From: an uncultured virus (IMG/VR IMGVR_UViG_3300020596_000022)
Taxonomy: Duplodnaviria; Heunggongvirae; Uroviricota; Caudoviricetes
DNA: 20,000 nucleotides
Reading direction: 5' to 3' (one strand)
IMG/VR virus record: IMGVR_UViG_3300020596_000022
The notes below the pieces were generated by a model. It was not told the DNA's origin and made no database searches. It saw nothing but the letters and a program-made list of their open reading frames with translations. This document shows, piece by piece, positions 15,896 through 20,000 of the stretch (positions within the stretch are counted from its first letter, which is position 1; the number at the start of each line of letters is the position of its first letter). The translations under genes and the position numbers were made by a program.

Positions 15896-17311
15896 TTATT
15901 TTTTCACCATACGCGAAATAGTGTCAACAGCTAAATCAATCTCATCTTTTGATGTTCTTGATTCTGGCTCTTGTAGTCCACCTTCAGTCAGTAACGCACT
16001 ATCTAAATCACCTGAACGTTTAGAGGTTTTTGGGAAGTATGTTTCTCTTACGATAGCAAGCTTACCAGAAAATGCTTTCGCATCTTCAAACGATACCCCT
16101 TCACAAAGCTCTGAAAATTTAGCTGCCTCTGAGACAGTTAAACCAGCAGATAACTTTTTAATGACAGATTGTTTTTCTAAAGAAATAAGTCTTTTGCGAA
16201 TCTCAACATTTTTATTGAGAGACTCATTTAACTCTTTCTCTAACCCATCAATCTTGTTGGCCTGTTCAGCTAAAACGTCAGTCTTAGTCGCAGGCACTTC
16301 AATGTAGTGAGTTTCAAACAAGTTCTTTAGACCACCGATGAATTTTTCAACTATCTGTGTTTTAAGACCTGTTTCAATCGCTACTTCGTTCTCTTTGATC
16401 CATTCTTCAACAACGTAGTCCAGATAACCGTCTACTTTGTCAACTAACTTCTCAGAGATTTTTGAACTTCTTTTATTAAGTTTCTTTTTGTATACTTCAG
16501 AAAGTTTCTTGCGGAAAAGATCAGTTCGCTTCTTTGCAGATGCTTTAACAGCAGCCTCAAAAATTGTTGCGGCCTTTTTCTTAAAACTTTCAGGAAGATC
16601 TTCATCGGAAGTAAGAGCCTCTACGTGCTTCTTAAGTTCCTCTTCATCTTCTTCTTCAAGTTCTTTTTCTTCTTCTTCAGAAAGTTTTGCGTCTTTCTTG
16701 TCCTCTTCTTCCTCTTTCATGGCTCTAAGTTTAGCCATCTTGTCCTCGTCTTCCTCTTCGTCAAGTTCTTCCTTGTCCTCTTCCTCTTTAAGATCGTCTT
16801 CGTCAGACTCATCGGACTCTTTCATGGCTCTAAGTTTAGCCATCTTGTCCTCGTCTTCCTCTTCGTCAAGTTCTTCCTTGTCTTCGTCTTCGTCGAGTTT
16901 TTTCTTGTCCTCGTCTTCCTCTTCGTCAAGTTCTTCCTTGTCCTCGTCTTCCTCTTTCATGGCTCTAAGTTTAGCCATCTTGTCATCGTCTTCTTTACGA
17001 AGTTTTCTTTTCTCAGGAATTTGTACTGCGGCATCAGAAGCATGAGTAGGAAGATCTTCGTCTGCGCCTTCATCTAATTTCTCGTCATCTTCTACTTCTT
17101 CGGGAATCTCTCGACCAGCAGCGGAGCCTTTTTTACCGGAAGCATCAGCAATTGCTTTACCATTAAGCGCCGATTTAATTGCGCGATTTCCGCGCTTTTC
17201 AGCACTATCAGGAATCTCTACACCAGCATCAGAAGCATGGGTGGGAAGATCCGATTCTGCACTCTCGCGAATGCTCTTCAAAGTTTTTAGTGTGTTTCTT
17301 TTTAATGACAT
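15896..17311 (-). CDS. 22: prohead core scaffold protein gp22 with expanded acidic N-terminal repeats
   Basis: LPESFKKKAATIFEAAV, VDGYLDYVVEEWIKENEVAIETGLK, FIGGLKNLFETHYIEVP, IVRETYF; directly upstream of gp23. Confidence 0.95.
   Translation of the reverse strand: MSLKRNTLKTLKSIRESAESDLPTHASDAGVEIPDSAEKRGNRAIKSALNGKAIADASGKKGSAAGREIPEEVEDDEKLDEGADEDLPTHASDAAVQIPEKRKLRKEDDDKMAKLRAMKEEDEDKEELDEEEDEDKKKLDEDEDKEELDEEEDEDKMAKLRAMKESDESDEDDLKEEEDKEELDEEEDEDKMAKLRAMKEEEEDKKDAKLSEEEEKELEEEDEEELKKHVEALTSDEDLPESFKKKAATIFEAAVKASAKKRTDLFRKKLSEVYKKKLNKRSSKISEKLVDKVDGYLDYVVEEWIKENEVAIETGLKTQIVEKFIGGLKNLFETHYIEVPATKTDVLAEQANKIDGLEKELNESLNKNVEIRKRLISLEKQSVIKKLSAGLTVSEAAKFSELCEGVSFEDAKAFSGKLAIVRETYFPKTSKRSGDLDSALLTEGGLQEPESRTSKDEIDLAVDTISRMVKK
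16712..16984 (-). repeat. in-frame repeats within gp22 (DKMAKLRAMKE x3; KEELDEEEDEDK x3)
   Basis: Identical 33-bp block at 16712, 16817 and 16952; 66-bp identity between 16712-16777 and 16817-16882. Confidence 0.9.
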
Positions 17312-17356
17312 TTTAATAATCTCCTAAACTAAGCTTGTTAGTTAATTGCGTAATGA

Positions 17357-17364
17357 TATTTATA
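17357..17364 (-). promoter_or_regulatory. T4 late promoter TATAAATA for gp22
   Basis: Exact consensus 45 nt upstream of the gp22 ATG. Confidence 0.85.
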
Positions 17365-17375
17365 ATCCAGTAAAT

Positions 17376-17732
17376 CTAGTCCTCACGAACTCTGATTAGT
17401 AGTTCTTCTTCCAACTTTGCGCCGTTATCAAAAACAACTCTTATCGTTATTTGATAGTCGTAGTCGTGGATACCACCTTTAACTAAAACAACCAATTTAG
17501 TCTTTCCAGGATTAATAATAACTGGTATAGAAGATTGTAATATCTCAAGAGTGGCATCACTCTTGTTATCAGGATCTCTTCTCTGCCATTTAACTGCACT
17601 TGCAGTTGAGGAAACAATTTCTTTTGATCCAGGCGGCAAGTTGAATGACCCACCAGAGTGGCCGAAGCTTACTTCAATGGGCCATTCCTCATATGGTTGC
17701 TTATTATCTTGTCGTCTGCGATCAAAAGCCAT
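17376..17732 (-). CDS. small Ig-like virion protein, probably a fibre adaptor
   Basis: KQPxE...I.S....V.VKGG...DYQITIRV...G.KLEEEL.I.V.E resembles a small phage adaptor family I recall from non-T4 fibre modules; late-gene context. Confidence 0.5.
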   Translation of the reverse strand: MAFDRRRQDNKQPYEEWPIEVSFGHSGGSFNLPPGSKEIVSSTASAVKWQRRDPDNKSDATLEILQSSIPVIINPGKTKLVVLVKGGIHDYDYQITIRVVFDNGAKLEEELLIRVRED

Positions 17733-17760
17733 TGCATGATCTTCTTTAAGAAAACTCTAA

Positions 17761-18168
17761 TTAGAGTTTGAAGATCTTGTTTGCTCCGTTATCCCACTGA
17801 ACAGTGATATCACCACCGTTTGGAGTAACAGGAAGACCAGTTGCAGTGTCAATATAAGCAATCAAGTTTGAAGTTGATTCAGTACCAGTATGCTTATAGA
17901 TAACAATTGCTTCCGATTGGTCGCCAGTTACTAGAGGGAAAGTTACGTCGGCAGCATCAGCAACACCATTTGTTGAAGTCTTAGATGCCAAAGCAGATGA
18001 AACCGCTACACGAGCAGCAACACCAACGTCATCTAGGAAATCATGTGTAGCCAAGTTTACTGTGTAATCAGCAGCGTCAACTAGGATGATACGAATATCA
18101 TCATTTAAAAAGTCAATATCGCCATTTAGAAAAGCCTCGCGGCCCTTGTCGAAAAGTGCATTAGCCAT
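17761..18168 (-). CDS. conserved small virion structural protein (MANALFDKGREAFL...PNGGDITVQWDNG type)
   Basis: Resembles a widespread ~135-aa tail/fibre-associated family of non-T4 phages. Strong AGGAG RBS and its own late promoter. Confidence 0.65.
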   Translation of the reverse strand: MANALFDKGREAFLNGDIDFLNDDIRIILVDAADYTVNLATHDFLDDVGVAARVAVSSALASKTSTNGVADAADVTFPLVTGDQSEAIVIYKHTGTESTSNLIAYIDTATGLPVTPNGGDITVQWDNGANKIFKL

Positions 18169-18183
18169 GTTGTTTATTCTCCT

Positions 18184-20000
18184 TTAAGGTTTAAAACGTC
18201 TTTCAATATTATATTTATAATTTCTTGGTTTAGCAGTTGATCGGAAAAATCTTCTAGCTGTATGATTAACAACCCAATGATTTCCGAATACCTCACCAGA
18301 ACTTATACCACCATTATTAGCTTCCATTGATATCAGTTGATGATATACAATATGGCTACCATGTTGTTCTTCAGAACTTATGTTATTTATATGAATTACA
18401 TATCCGATTCTTGGTGTTCCAAATATTTCTCCACTTGGAATACTTGAAGCGTATATGTCATATCTTGTAAAGTCTTCACCAGATGGTACTCCAACTGGCT
18501 TGATTATATAGTTGATCTTATGTAAACCGAACGCTTCAGATGATGGAATACTTATAGTTCCAATCTTAGCTTCAGTTTGTGTTATAGTTATATCACCAAA
18601 AACTGTAGTTGGTATATAGCCAGCTATGAAAATCTTCAAGTGTACTTTAGGTATACTGAATACTTCACCACCGAATCCACTTGTAGTGATTACATATTTT
18701 ATCTTATGTAAACCAAATAGTGAAGCAGAACCTAATCCAATAGGTTTAATGGTCTTACTTAGTTTTGGTATTCCAAGAGCTTCTTCGGTATTGATAGTTA
18801 TAGGTTTGATTATTTGTCTAATCTTATGTGAACCGATAACTTCAGAAGATATTATTCCTATTGGGTCTATGTAAACAACACCACGTAGTAATGTATGCGA
18901 ACCAATGATTCCAGGAACAATACCAACAGGTTTAATAATTGAAGCTATTTTTGGTAGCCCAAATATTTCTTGTGAAGGTATAGCATAATTCGTTACGTGA
19001 ATCCATTTACGAACTCTTGGTATACCAAAGATTTCACCAGAACCAATACTACCTTCTGGGATCGCCATGTTGATCTGGCCAGTTGGTGTTACATATTCTT
19101 GTGAGTATATGCTGATAGGATTAATAGTAAGATTTAATTGATGTGTGCCAATGTATTCTTCGCTATCAATAGATAGAACATGAATAGTAGATACAATTGT
19201 ATGAGTACCAAAAGCTTCTTGTGAATTAATTGAAACTGGTTTAATAATATGCTTAAGATGATGTGTGCCAACAAGTTCTCCGTTGTTAGCTGAACCAACA
19301 ACAAACACTACTTGACCTATACGAAGCGAACCAAAGGCCTCAGCACTTGATATACCAAAAGGTTCTACCTCGTGTTCAATATCTTGAGTTTCATTTACAA
19401 CTTCTTCAGATGGTATTCCTAATGGATGAATATTAAGATTTAATTTGTGTGTACCAAATACACATTCTTCAAATCCAATAACGTGAATTGTAGATACTAT
19501 TACAGCATTACCAAATTCTTCATCAGTAGATTTACCCACTGGGAAGATAGTAAGATTTAATTGATGTAAACCAAAATCTTCATCAGAAGGAATTGAAACT
19601 ACACCCAAAGTAGAACCAACAAGATGAGAACCAAAAGCTTCATCAGATGGAATACTTACAGGCTCAATCTCATGAACAATTTGATCGCCACCATTTACAA
19701 ATTCTTCACTATCAATTTGTACTGGGAAGATAGTAAGATTTAATTGATGTAAACCAAATACCTCTTCTGAAGGTATAGAACTTGGCTCAATCTCATGAAC
19801 AATTTGATCGCCACCATTTACAAATTCTTCACTATCAATTTGTACTGGGAAGATAGTAAGATTTAATTGATGTGTGCCAATGTATTCTTCGCTATCAATA
19901 GATAGAACATGAATAGTAGATACAATTGTATGAGTACCAAAAGCTTCTTGTGAATTAATTGAAACTGGTTTAATAATATGCTTAAGATGATGTGTGCCAA
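18184..20000 (-). CDS. long ~20-aa-repeat structural protein (IxPxSIxSxExFGxHxL), 5' end outside the window
   Basis: I translated the frame from 19608 to the edge without a stop, so the protein is >600 aa and the TTG start in the track is an edge artefact. About 28 repeat units. Confidence 0.85.
   Translation of the reverse strand, partial: GTHHLKHIIKPVSINSQEAFGTHTIVSTIHVLSIDSEEYIGTHQLNLTIFPVQIDSEEFVNGGDQIVHEIEPSSIPSEEVFGLHQLNLTIFPVQIDSEEFVNGGDQIVHEIEPVSIPSDEAFGSHLVGSTLGVVSIPSDEDFGLHQLNLTIFPVGKSTDEEFGNAVIVSTIHVIGFEECVFGTHKLNLNIHPLGIPSEEVVNETQDIEHEVEPFGISSAEAFGSLRIGQVVFVVGSANNGELVGTHHLKHIIKPVSINSQEAFGTHTIVSTIHVLSIDSEEYIGTHQLNLTINPISIYSQEYVTPTGQINMAIPEGSIGSGEIFGIPRVRKWIHVTNYAIPSQEIFGLPKIASIIKPVGIVPGIIGSHTLLRGVVYIDPIGIISSEVIGSHKIRQIIKPITINTEEALGIPKLSKTIKPIGLGSASLFGLHKIKYVITTSGFGGEVFSIPKVHLKIFIAGYIPTTVFGDITITQTEAKIGTISIPSSEAFGLHKINYIIKPVGVPSGEDFTRYDIYASSIPSGEIFGTPRIGYVIHINNISSEEQHGSHIVYHQLISMEANNGGISSGEVFGNHWVVNHTARRFFRSTAKPRNYKYNIERRFKP
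18212..18219 (-). promoter_or_regulatory. T4 late promoter TATAAATA for the 135-aa gene
   Basis: Exact consensus 43 nt upstream of ATG 18168, inside the 3' end of the repeat gene. A second exact match lies at 18384-18391. Confidence 0.75.
19124..20000. repeat. exact in-frame DNA duplications in the repeat gene
   Basis: 19124-19271 equals 19853-20000 (at least 148 bp, offset 729). 19661-19750 equals 19784-19873 (90 bp, offset 123). Confidence 0.92.

Noticed and set aside
16437..17077. Ser-rich (202 aa) and Phe/Leu-rich (150 aa) plus-strand ORFs
   Set aside because: Antisense shadows of the Glu/Asp/Lys repeats in gp22.
367..18874. Other plus-strand and nested short ORFs in the track
   Set aside because: They overlap well-supported minus-strand genes and show no recognisable motifs.
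1..20000. Stop-codon reassignment, tRNA genes or a diversity-generating retroelement
   Set aside because: Core genes are full length in the standard code and end with TAA, TAG and TGA. No cloverleaf or reverse transcriptase was seen, and the duplications are exact rather than adenine-variant.

Overview
An AT-rich (roughly one-third GC, estimated by eye) segment of a T4-like myovirus genome. Its gene order resembles marine/environmental T4-like phages and there is no gp24 beside gp23. All credible genes lie on the minus strand. In transcription order: a non-T4 three-gene structural module (a long ~20-aa-repeat protein running off the window edge, then 135-aa and 118-aa proteins); gp22 scaffold with an expanded acidic repeat region; gp23 major capsid and its terminator; a free-standing GIY-YIG homing endonuclease; gp3; a small accessory cluster (HEXXH protein, SLOG/DUF2493 protein, hypotheticals); uvsY; uvsW with a 355-aa LAGLIDADG intein in Walker A; an Sm-like protein; a non-coding region with three exact 54-bp palindrome-containing repeats; an orphan Phd/YefM-like gene coupled to the late sigma factor gp55; hypotheticals; an orphan RHH/ParD-like gene; gp47; gp46; a ClpP-like protease with Asn at the catalytic Asp position; a large SPPY-type amino-methyltransferase; and the start of a probable peptidase/vWA gene. 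The best candidate for an undescribed system is the repeat array / leaderless YefM-like gene / gp55 unit. The repeat-protein module upstream of gp22 is next. All family calls come from motif recognition, not database searches.
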